Virus record (IMG/VR): IMGVR_UViG_3300047510_002509
DNA length: 64,000 nt
From: a virus
Direction: 5' to 3' (one strand)
Under the pieces are notes generated by a model that had not been told where the DNA came from, did not search any database, and was given only the letters and a program-made list of their open reading frames with translations. A program made the translations under genes and the position numbers. Positions 55,474-64,000 of this stretch are shown piece after piece; the first letter of the stretch is position 1; the number at the start of each line of letters is the position of its first letter.

Positions 55474-55729
55474 CGGAATTCAAACTCTAGAGGTTTTGCT
55501 CGACCCTAAAACTAGAGAAATTAAGTACTTTACCTACCTTGTAGAAGGTCTAGGTGATTTCCGCCGCGAAGGTTCAAAGTGGGTTCCTAATTACGAAGAA
55601 ACTGACGGTCAATTTGAAGAGCTAGTTGTTTTTGAACTAGATGCTACAAAGTCCCGTGAGCTAGTCGACAAATGGGACACCAACACTCTAACTGAATCGG
55701 ACCTAGCAGAATACGTGATAGAGGAATAA
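55466..55729 (+). CDS. Small acidic protein
   Basis: Start reassigned to MSNG behind GAGGAG. Confidence 0.75.
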   Translation: MSNGIQTLEVLLDPKTREIKYFTYLVEGLGDFRREGSKWVPNYEETDGQFEELVVFELDATKSRELVDKWDTNTLTESDLAEYVIEE

Positions 55730-55731
55730 TC

Positions 55732-58700
55732 ATGAAATATCTAGGCAGAACTGACAGTTATGTTCTCTTCTCCAATGAAGAGTTGGCAGCTATTGTTGAT
55801 GAGTCAACCAATACAGTTGTTCAGGTAGACAAGACAGCTGTTTTACTTGCATCTGCAGAGTGGAGCACCTCGGCTGGAAGTCCATCAGCTCCTTCTTTAG
55901 AGCTAGCGAGCGCAGCTGTAACTGACTTAGATATTAAAGTTTTAAGTAATGGCGATAGCAGTAACATGTACACAATTCCTGATGCTGTTATTGCTGAGGC
56001 TAAGAGAGGTCTTGCTTGGAGACGCGAGGAAAAACGTGGTGGCACACCTGTTGGCCTGAATACTGCACGCACTCTAGCGCAGGGTGGTCAGATTGGTATC
56101 CAAAAGATTCGTCATATCGCAAAATATTTTCCACGCCACGAAGTGGACAAAAAAGGCAAGGGCTACAAGCCAGGTCAACAAAACTACCCAAGTAATGGTC
56201 GCATCGCATGGGCACTTTGGGGTGGAGATGCTGCTAAGCGCTGGGCATCTGCAATTGTCGAACGCGATAACAAGAAGCGTGCAGATAACTCAGTGGTTGC
56301 ATCAATTGATGAGTTTATGCCTGTACAAAGAATTGACTACACCGCATTTACTCCGTCAGATTACGAACCCGATTTCTACATTCGTATTCGTTTAGATGGA
56401 TCAGGTATTGACCGTCTATACAAAGTAGATATGGAAGGTTACTGCACCGTTTGGGATGACGGTAGCTGGGAAGACCTTGGTCATATAGACCACGACTTTA
56501 TTACCTACGACAAGTCACTTGACGACCCTTACGACCAAGTGCAAAAAATTCACACCCCTGTGGACCGTGAATCTGCAGTAAAAATTTCTGCAATGCTAGA
56601 CAACAGTCCTTTCAGTCCAGTTTCTGTGCAGATGATTGATTTTGATGAATCACACTTAATTGAGAAAGCAATTCCTGAAATTGATTGGAATTTCTTAGAC
56701 CAGCTATCAGAAGACGACGTCTATGAGGTTGATGAGTGGGATGATGGCCTCATTGCTGTAGGTGCTCCTACAGACCAAGATGGCAACTACACTCCTGAAG
56801 AGCGCTCCGAGAAGGCAAAGGGTCAAGTTCGCGACCAGCTAGGAAAATTTGCTAAAGCTGGAAGCACAGTTGTTGTTGGAAATGATCCTAAGTACACAGG
56901 AAAAATTCTTTCCATTAATGCTCAAACTCAGGAAGCAAATGTTGAGTTCCCAAGTGGACAAGTTGTTGCAGTTCCTGCAAATCAGACTCAGTTGGCGGAA
57001 GATTACAAGCCAATTTCAAATCAAGGTTTTGTTGACTTCGAGCTAGACACATCTGGCATTCTTGGTGAGCCTCGTGCTCCAATTGATAGCCCAATTGCAA
57101 ACCTTCCTGGTCGTCTTCCTCCACTAAACCCAGACAGTTTGCAAGTAATGATGAATGACTGGACTACTTGGGTTTCAGACCAAAGACTTACTCCTGAGTA
57201 CACAGGTCAACCTGTTTCTGCAACTAACCCAAGCCCAAGTTCTGCTGGAACAACTCCAGTAAACACAAACATTGATATCAACAGCGTTTTGGGTAAGTAC
57301 TACACAGGGTCATTTAATCCAGATGGAACTCCAAAGCCAGGTTGGAATCCTGCTACAACAGAAAATGTTTACAACAACCCACTCTTGCGTGACTGGCTAG
57401 ATAAGAAAAACAAAAACACTACAAGCCCAGAAACTGCTTACCACCGAGACGGCTGGTATAGACCAAGTCGTACTTATGGTGATCTTGGACCAAAGGTAGA
57501 AGATAAAAAATCTGCTAAGGATGTAAAAAAGGTCAGCGCAAAAGATTACATGAAGAAGTTTGACCCAGACCTTGAGATGTCAATTATTTCTTCAGCTGAG
57601 GGTAAAAAGCCTAACTATGAGATTACCCCTGAAAAAACAGACGTTGCTCCTATGTACATTGCAATTGTCGCCGAGGATGACCCTGCTGCAGTCATGGAAT
57701 TAGTTGCTGTAGTTCCTGCTGGAATTGACACAAATCAACCATCAACTTTCAAGCGCCGTAATCGTAAGTGGGAGCGCGACGAAGGGATTATGGCTGACCT
57801 TAAGAGCCCAACTCCACCACCAACAATTGTTTTGAGCAACGAGCAATTAGCAGACGTTGTTTCACAAATTGATGGCGGAATTGTTGCTTCTCTAAGTTTT
57901 AACGTTGGAATGGCACTAAGCCTTAATGCAATTACTGCAGCAGGTGGTGCTGACAGGAACCGCGGTAATGCTGAGAAATTACGACGCTACTGGACAGTTG
58001 GTAAGGGTGGATTAAAAATTCGCTGGAACTCTCCAGGAGACTGGACCCGCTGCGACCGCTACCTATCTAAATATCTTGGCCCTCGCTCGAAAGGCTACTG
58101 CGCTCTTCGTCATAAAGAGATGACTGGTATGTGGCCAGGAGATAAGCGCAATCCAGGTATGAAAAAGAAGTCTTTAGTGTCAAGTATTGAAGCACTTCGT
58201 TCTGAAGAGCAAATTATTGATACTTTCACTTTGAATGCCCGTGCTGAAGCCGCAAAAGCCAAGTTTGCTGGGCGAGAAGGTGCGAAGCCAACAGAGCATG
58301 GTGCAAAGTTTGTGATTCCTTTGGTTATCCCTGAGGGCAAAGAATCTGGCGATGGTCGCATCTTTGATAAAGGTGTAATAGTTATGCGTGACCTACCTTT
58401 GCCGCTACTTTGGCAGATTAAGACAGGTCAAGGACATGACGGCTCCGTGGTTGTAGGTCAAATTACCCACATGGAGCGTGTCGAAGATGGAATTGGAAAT
58501 GCCGTTGGTGTTTTCGATACAGGTGAGTATGGAAAAGAAGCCGAAAGGCTAGTTCGTCATGGGTTTATCCGTGGAGTCTCCGCTGACATGGATATGTTTG
58601 AAGCTGATGAAGAAGAGGCTTCAGAGGACTCAGAGAAGATAGAGGCGGGTAGAATAGTAATCAAGAATGCTCGGATTATGGCAGTCACGATTGTGCCAAA

Positions 58701-59928
58701 ACCAGCGTTTCAAGAGTGTTATATCCAAATCGTTGATGATGACAACGAGTTAGAGGAGGATGCCGTGGCAGTTCCAGATGGTATTTATGTAGATGGGGTG
58801 AACCCGCTTGATGCTTCAGCACTTGTTGCTTGCGGCATGGTTGCTGGTGCTATCCCTGTAGAACCTCCTGCAGAATGGTTTGAGAATCAGAAACTTGATA
58901 AAGCGACTCCACTCACCATCACAGATGAGGGTCGCGTATTCGGTCACATTGCTGCTTGGCATGTAGACCACATCGGAATGGCATTTGGAACTCGTCCTCC
59001 ACGTAGCCGCTCTAAGTATTCATATTTCCACACTGGTGTAATTCGTACCGCTGAAGGTAAGGATGTTCCAGTTGGTCAACTAACTTTGGCTGGCGGTCAC
59101 GCTGGTCTAGAAGCTTCTGCTGAAGAAGCAGTACGTCACTATGACGACACTGCATCAGCATTCGCAGACGTGCACGCAGGTGAAGATGCTTACGGAATCT
59201 GGGTTTCAGGCGCACTACGTCCTGGCACAACCCCCGAGCAAATCAGAGCCGCTCGTGCATCAGCTCCATCAGGTGACTGGCGACCAATCAAGGGACACCT
59301 TGAGTTGGTTGCTGTTTGCCAAGTAAACGTTCCAGGATTCCCAATTGCTCGTGCTCGTGTTGCATCAGGTCAGGTAATGGCTTTGGTTGCAGCAGGTGCG
59401 AACGTTCTTGCTCAAATGAAGTACGACCCAATTGCTGAAATAAATTCAAAAATTGACGCACTAGAAAACATTCACAAGCAGTCTCAGGCGTCAGCTCTCT
59501 CCGAGAAGATGGCAGAGCTTTCTTCCCGTGTGGCAAGCATTAAAGCAGAAGAGGATGCTGCTTCAGAGTACATGCTTCAGATGTTTGACGACAACCCTGA
59601 AGCAGAAATGGCTGTTATTACTCGCCGTGAGCGAAAGAAGCTTGCAGAAGAGGGTAAGGCTTTGCCAGATGGTTCGTTCCCAATCCGCAACCCAGGTGAT
59701 TTGAAGAACGCAATTCAAGCTTATGGTCGTGCAAAGGCTGGTAAGCGTGGTCTTGTTCGCAAGCACATCATGAAGCGTGCTCGTGCTCTAAAGCGAGAGA
59801 ATCTAATCCCAGAGAAGTGGGGAGCAGCTGCAGTAGATGACTCTGTAGTTGCCTCAATGCGGGAGCGTGCCCTAGCCGCTGCTGCAGTGCTTGAATCGAA
59901 AGAGTCAACTGAATCTAAAAAGGACTAA
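55732..59928 (+). CDS. Capsid maturation protease polyprotein
   Basis: EG..SGDGR; PL.WQ...GH..S.VVG.I; GVS.D; T.V..PAF; second protease-like domain (GRVFGH, SGDWR, LELVAV..VN.PGFP); accessory head domains. Confidence 0.8.
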   Translation: MKYLGRTDSYVLFSNEELAAIVDESTNTVVQVDKTAVLLASAEWSTSAGSPSAPSLELASAAVTDLDIKVLSNGDSSNMYTIPDAVIAEAKRGLAWRREEKRGGTPVGLNTARTLAQGGQIGIQKIRHIAKYFPRHEVDKKGKGYKPGQQNYPSNGRIAWALWGGDAAKRWASAIVERDNKKRADNSVVASIDEFMPVQRIDYTAFTPSDYEPDFYIRIRLDGSGIDRLYKVDMEGYCTVWDDGSWEDLGHIDHDFITYDKSLDDPYDQVQKIHTPVDRESAVKISAMLDNSPFSPVSVQMIDFDESHLIEKAIPEIDWNFLDQLSEDDVYEVDEWDDGLIAVGAPTDQDGNYTPEERSEKAKGQVRDQLGKFAKAGSTVVVGNDPKYTGKILSINAQTQEANVEFPSGQVVAVPANQTQLAEDYKPISNQGFVDFELDTSGILGEPRAPIDSPIANLPGRLPPLNPDSLQVMMNDWTTWVSDQRLTPEYTGQPVSATNPSPSSAGTTPVNTNIDINSVLGKYYTGSFNPDGTPKPGWNPATTENVYNNPLLRDWLDKKNKNTTSPETAYHRDGWYRPSRTYGDLGPKVEDKKSAKDVKKVSAKDYMKKFDPDLEMSIISSAEGKKPNYEITPEKTDVAPMYIAIVAEDDPAAVMELVAVVPAGIDTNQPSTFKRRNRKWERDEGIMADLKSPTPPPTIVLSNEQLADVVSQIDGGIVASLSFNVGMALSLNAITAAGGADRNRGNAEKLRRYWTVGKGGLKIRWNSPGDWTRCDRYLSKYLGPRSKGYCALRHKEMTGMWPGDKRNPGMKKKSLVSSIEALRSEEQIIDTFTLNARAEAAKAKFAGREGAKPTEHGAKFVIPLVIPEGKESGDGRIFDKGVIVMRDLPLPLLWQIKTGQGHDGSVVVGQITHMERVEDGIGNAVGVFDTGEYGKEAERLVRHGFIRGVSADMDMFEADEEEASEDSEKIEAGRIVIKNARIMAVTIVPKPAFQECYIQIVDDDNELEEDAVAVPDGIYVDGVNPLDASALVACGMVAGAIPVEPPAEWFENQKLDKATPLTITDEGRVFGHIAAWHVDHIGMAFGTRPPRSRSKYSYFHTGVIRTAEGKDVPVGQLTLAGGHAGLEASAEEAVRHYDDTASAFADVHAGEDAYGIWVSGALRPGTTPEQIRAARASAPSGDWRPIKGHLELVAVCQVNVPGFPIARARVASGQVMALVAAGANVLAQMKYDPIAEINSKIDALENIHKQSQASALSEKMAELSSRVASIKAEEDAASEYMLQMFDDNPEAEMAVITRRERKKLAEEGKALPDGSFPIRNPGDLKNAIQAYGRAKAGKRGLVRKHIMKRARALKRENLIPEKWGAAAVDDSVVASMRERALAAAAVLESKESTESKKD

Positions 59929-59930
59929 TA

Positions 59931-60653
59931 GTGACTACAAACACTGAAGACACAGCTTTTAGAATGCGCGAGGCTATTTCTGCTGCTCAGGCTATGTTGG
60001 CTGCAGGAGAGATAAAAAGTGATATTTCTGAAAAATCAGAAGCACTTTTTGCTATAGACCCAGAATTAGAGGGTTTGACTGAAGAAGAGATTGAAGCCTT
60101 AAAGCTAGAAAAAGTTAAACAAGATAAGGCGGGGGAAGAGCGTGGCAAGTACACCCCTAAAACTCAACCTCGTGATGCTGCAGGAAAGTTCCGTCAAGTC
60201 CTTGCTCGTTTAAAGTCTGACCTTGGGACTGCTGGTCTTGACCGAGTAATTGCCAAGGTTGAAGAGGCCGAAAACTTAGACAATGCTGGTGACTACGGTA
60301 ATGCGGCTAAAGCAGCAGACGATTTAATTGGAATTATTGACCGATTGGACGCAAAAGCCCTTAATCCTGAAGCTTTAGAGAACGTTCGAGCCAGTTCTGC
60401 AGAACTCGGCAAGGTTATTGCTAACCTCCCATTTGCCTTTGGAGAGCAAGCAGAAAAGATTCGATTCTCTGATGTACCCCCAGCCCTACAAAAACTTATG
60501 AAAGACATGATTACTCGGGTTGAGGAAAAGATTGGCGATGAGGATGCAGATATTGCAACCGCCGAGCTAAAAAAGTTTATGTCTGGCAGTGAACTCTACA
60601 ATCAATCAGAGATTTCTGGTCAGATGGCGAAGCTATTAAGACTTCTAACATAA
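59931..60653 (+). CDS. Helical head-associated protein
   Basis: QPRDAAGKF motif; lies between protease and capsid genes. Confidence 0.7.
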   Translation: MTTNTEDTAFRMREAISAAQAMLAAGEIKSDISEKSEALFAIDPELEGLTEEEIEALKLEKVKQDKAGEERGKYTPKTQPRDAAGKFRQVLARLKSDLGTAGLDRVIAKVEEAENLDNAGDYGNAAKAADDLIGIIDRLDAKALNPEALENVRASSAELGKVIANLPFAFGEQAEKIRFSDVPPALQKLMKDMITRVEEKIGDEDADIATAELKKFMSGSELYNQSEISGQMAKLLRLLT

Positions 60654-60818
60654 AGGACAGAAACACGGCGTTTTCCGTCCAATCACCTGTTTTAGATGCT
60701 AGTACCATTTATAACAGGTGGAGTGCCTCCCCGCATTATGCGCGTCTCGGAGTCCCTCGGCCTCGACTAATCAGCGATAGAACTATTTCCGTTCTACACA
60801 ACTGCCCAAGGAGGGACA

Positions 60819-62939
60819 GTGGACCGAATCAAAGAAATGATGGATCAGCTTGCTGACCTTGACGACTCTTCAGTCGCCGAGCTTCAGAAGTCGATTATCA
60901 GCGAATTCGAATCGGTTGAGAAAGAAGAGCCCACTCCTGCGACAGTTGACGCTATGACGTCGCTTGCCGACATGCTTGATTCTGTTAAGTCAGAACTTAA
61001 GCAGCGCGAAGCCGCAGTTCAGGAGCTCGCCCAGCGGGCCGCTGAGGCAGCGTCCCGTGTGTATGGCGACGACATGAAGAAGGAAGATGGCGAAATGCCA
61101 GAAACAGATGAAGCTAAGGATGACTCTACCGAAGAGGAAAAGTCTGAGATGGCAGCACCTGTGATGGAAGAGGAGAAGAAGGAAGAAGCCCCAGCACCTG
61201 TTGCTGAGGAAGCTCCTGAAGCTCCTGCCGATTCCGCACCTGCAGCTGAAGAAGCACCTGTTGCTGAAACAGATGCAGACAAAGAAAAGGAAGAGGAGAA
61301 AAAGGCCATGTCTGAAGCGTCAACCGAAGCGGATAAAACCGTTGAGCTCTCAACTGACACAACCGAGACAGCTGAGGTAGCACCTGCTACTGAGGCACCT
61401 GTTGCTGAAGTAGCTTCCGCTACTGAGGTACCAGTAACCGCATCTGGAGATGAAGAAGCTGTTGCAGCTGAATCAACCGATGCACCTGCAGAAGCAGATG
61501 CTTCTGCTGATTCAGATGTTGCAGATGCAGTTTCCGATGAAACTGACGACGCAGCTGCCGATGTCGCCGACGGCGCAGAGGCATCAATTAAAGAAACCCA
61601 ACCAATTGAACCAGTAGTGGTTCAGGAAACAATGGAGGCACCCGTGACCGCCGCTGCAAATGCAGATGACCTCACCCCAGAGGTCCCAGCGGACCGCCGT
61701 CCTGTTGCTCAGGTCTCAGCCGCTCCCGTGGCAATCACGGCAGGTGCTGATATCCCTGGTCTAACAGCTGGCAGCCCGCTTTCAAGCATGTCAGATGTTG
61801 CTGAAGCTTTCGCTAAGCGCATCCATGCTCTACGCCGTGTAAACGGCGGAGATGGAGAACAACACATCGTTGCATCCGTCTCTACCTCTTTCTCAGAAGA
61901 GCGCACCCTTACTCAGGATGCAGAATCTAACTGGGCAAAGATCCAGGCTGTAACTTCCCCAGAGGCGATTGTCGCTGCTGGTGGACACGTTGCACCTTTC
62001 GAGGTCCGCTACGACATCTTCGGGCTAGGAACTACTGCACGTCCAGTACGTGACGCACTTCCTCGTTTCCAAGCTGACCGTGGTGGTATCCGCTACATCG
62101 TTCCACCAGTTCTAACTGACTATGCAAACGCTGTCGGTGTATGGACTGCAGCAAACGATGCAGCTACTACTCCAGACCCAGCAACTAAGACAAGTCTTAC
62201 TGTTGCAGCAGCATCTGAGACAACCGTCGCAACTGACGCTGTCACTCTTCAGATGCAGTTTGGTAACCTCGCCACCCGTGCATACCCAGAACTAATTGCT
62301 CGTCACAACGAGCTTGGTCTGATTCAGCACGCTCGTGAGGCAGAGCAGTACCTACTTAGCAAGATTGCAGCTGGTTCAACCGCTGTAACTACTTCTTCGC
62401 TAATCGGGTTCGGTCGTGACTTCCTAGTACAGGTTGCTCGCGCTGCTTCTGCTTACCGTTCACGTCACCGCCTTGAGGCTGATGCACCACTTCGCGTCAT
62501 TATCCCTTCATGGGTTAAGGATGCAATGGCTGCAGACCTCGCCTTGTCAATGCCTGGCGACAGCACCCTCAATGCATATGCTGAAATCGATGGCTACCTC
62601 GCAGCTCGCGGTGTAGTTGTTAGCTTCAGCCTTGACCAGAACGTCTATGGCGCACAGTCCACAGGCGCTCTAAATGAGTTCGCAGATTCCTTCACTTGGT
62701 ATCTGTTCTCCGAGGGAACATTCTTGTTCCTTGACGGTGGAACTCTTGATCTCGGAATCATCCGTGACAGCTCCCTAGTTGGAACCAACGACTACAAGAT
62801 GTTCGTTGAGACCTTCGAAGGTGTTGCAAAGGTTGGTATCGAGGGTCTTGCAGTGACCTCAACTATCAGTGTTAACGGTGTAGCAGCTGCTCTCCGTGAC
62901 ACAACTGGTGGCGCAACCGCTGCTGCAATCGAATACTAA
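60819..62939 (+). CDS. Major capsid protein with fused acidic scaffold
   Basis: Long Glu/Ala-rich N-terminus; IVAAGG, LP.FQA.RGGI, FGN...RAYPE, LDLG.IRDS.L...NDY..F.E.FE. Confidence 0.85.
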   Translation: MDRIKEMMDQLADLDDSSVAELQKSIISEFESVEKEEPTPATVDAMTSLADMLDSVKSELKQREAAVQELAQRAAEAASRVYGDDMKKEDGEMPETDEAKDDSTEEEKSEMAAPVMEEEKKEEAPAPVAEEAPEAPADSAPAAEEAPVAETDADKEKEEEKKAMSEASTEADKTVELSTDTTETAEVAPATEAPVAEVASATEVPVTASGDEEAVAAESTDAPAEADASADSDVADAVSDETDDAAADVADGAEASIKETQPIEPVVVQETMEAPVTAAANADDLTPEVPADRRPVAQVSAAPVAITAGADIPGLTAGSPLSSMSDVAEAFAKRIHALRRVNGGDGEQHIVASVSTSFSEERTLTQDAESNWAKIQAVTSPEAIVAAGGHVAPFEVRYDIFGLGTTARPVRDALPRFQADRGGIRYIVPPVLTDYANAVGVWTAANDAATTPDPATKTSLTVAAASETTVATDAVTLQMQFGNLATRAYPELIARHNELGLIQHAREAEQYLLSKIAAGSTAVTTSSLIGFGRDFLVQVARAASAYRSRHRLEADAPLRVIIPSWVKDAMAADLALSMPGDSTLNAYAEIDGYLAARGVVVSFSLDQNVYGAQSTGALNEFADSFTWYLFSEGTFLFLDGGTLDLGIIRDSSLVGTNDYKMFVETFEGVAKVGIEGLAVTSTISVNGVAAALRDTTGGATAAAIEY

Positions 62940-62988
62940 AATTCGATAAATAATACGTAGGCAACGCTTAGGAATCGAGGAGTAAGAA

Positions 62989-63879
62989 ATGGCAACATTC
63001 AGAGGAGTATTTCCAGCGAATGAGCTGCTTCCTGCCCCATGCGGTCTCCTAAGCGTTGCCCGTGTTATGAAACACACGGGTCGCGAAGGGGACGAGCGTT
63101 GGGTTCGTCATATCTCTCAGGAGTTTGACACACTACCTTCATATCTTCGTCTTTTAACAGTTAACGATGCGTCTGTAACTAACGGAACTCTAACCGATAA
63201 CGCTGGGTTCACAACTTATCTTGATTACGTCCCATTTATTGTTGACGTAGAACTATTTGATTCAACATTTAGCCTTCCTGGTGAAGACCGCTTCGCGCAA
63301 GTAACTCGTGCGCTTGAGGCAGCAACACAGAAGGCAGTAGAAAGAGAATTCTGGGAAGGAGCAGCAGCTCAAGCTGAATCATCTGCCAATGGCAACATGT
63401 ATCTCAGCAAGGCTAATCATGCACTTGTTCCAGTTTCTGGAGCTAAAAAGCCAGAGAACGCACTAATGATTCTAGAACAAGCAATTGCAGACTCACCTAC
63501 TGGTGAGAATGCAGTCATTCATATGACTCGCGATGTGGCTTCAATTCTAGGTTCCCGTCTTATTTATAAGAAGGGAGATGACGAGAATTCTGGTCGTGCT
63601 ATGACACGTCTTGGAACTCACGTTGTCATTGGTTCGGGTTATACAGGTAACGGTCCAATTGGAGATACAAACGCTGCGGCGTCTGCTACTAACAAGTGGA
63701 TTTATGCAACTGGAGCAGTTGATGTTCACCTCGGTAAAATCGAGATTGTGAATGAAAACTTAGCTCAAGGTGCAGATGTTACAATTAATAACATGCGGAT
63801 TAAGGCATTTCGCCCTGCAGCTGCGTATGCAGATCCGTCGATTCATTACGCAATGCGAGTGACACTTCCTAGCGACTAA
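62989..63879 (+). CDS. Virion structural protein (minor capsid or head-associated)
   Basis: Follows the MCP; GLLSVA, AVERE.W.G, T.LGT..V.G.GY, W.YATG. Confidence 0.65.
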   Translation: MATFRGVFPANELLPAPCGLLSVARVMKHTGREGDERWVRHISQEFDTLPSYLRLLTVNDASVTNGTLTDNAGFTTYLDYVPFIVDVELFDSTFSLPGEDRFAQVTRALEAATQKAVEREFWEGAAAQAESSANGNMYLSKANHALVPVSGAKKPENALMILEQAIADSPTGENAVIHMTRDVASILGSRLIYKKGDDENSGRAMTRLGTHVVIGSGYTGNGPIGDTNAAASATNKWIYATGAVDVHLGKIEIVNENLAQGADVTINNMRIKAFRPAAAYADPSIHYAMRVTLPSD

Positions 63880-63914
63880 AAGCAACAACAACATAGAATA
63901 AGGAGCACACTGGA

Positions 63915-64000
63915 ATGGCTACACAGGACTACGCGGCTAGCGTCCAAGGTGTGGCGATCCGAGTCACTCGACTGGACGCCGCTGGTAACCTGCTTAATGG
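63915..64000 (+). CDS. Probable major tail protein, 5' end only
   Basis: AGGAG SD; MATQDYAASVQGVAIRVTRLDAAG. Confidence 0.5.
   Translation, partial: MATQDYAASVQGVAIRVTRLDAAGNLLN

Noticed and set aside
42859-63729. Many short antisense or alternative-frame ORFs inside structural genes
   Set aside because: Shadows of long, motif-bearing + strand genes; no SD or recognisable motifs.

Overview
Fragment of a large tailed dsDNA phage, very probably infecting an actinobacterium. The host call rests on DUF3039, NrdH, an FmdB-type zinc ribbon, many leaderless genes and GAAAGGA ribosome-binding sites. There are three blocks. (1) 1-18 kb is mostly leftward: cell-wall enzymes (NlpC/P60, two M23 peptidases), nucleotide and auxiliary metabolism (class II RNR, NrdH, SpeD, flavin halogenase, ABC-ATPase-GNAT fusion, glycosyltransferase). 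(2) About 18.4-42.6 kb is mostly rightward: a TerS-like gene and about 40 small early-type genes in promoter/terminator cassettes, including a MoxR AAA+/vWA pair, a proteasome-beta-like Ntn hydrolase and an SLT. (3) 42.6-64 kb is the head module: portal, multidomain head proteins, a 3137-aa multi-enzyme protein, a protease polyprotein, major capsid and the start of a probable major tail gene. The most unusual signal is non-coding grammar in block 2. A strand-polar GGGTAAAAA site (about 27 copies) is surrounded by short palindromes (GATC, AGCT, GGCC, CCWGG) that are avoided elsewhere. A polar 17-bp repeat AACWTCCAAATAACTTT accompanies it. A family of promoters shares a TGCAGGAA spacer box, MtrA/GlnR-like upstream boxes and an ACGACGAAAGGA start motif. 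All family calls come from motif recognition by eye and all counts are manual; no searches were run. I found no tRNA, rRNA, CRISPR array or large terminase.
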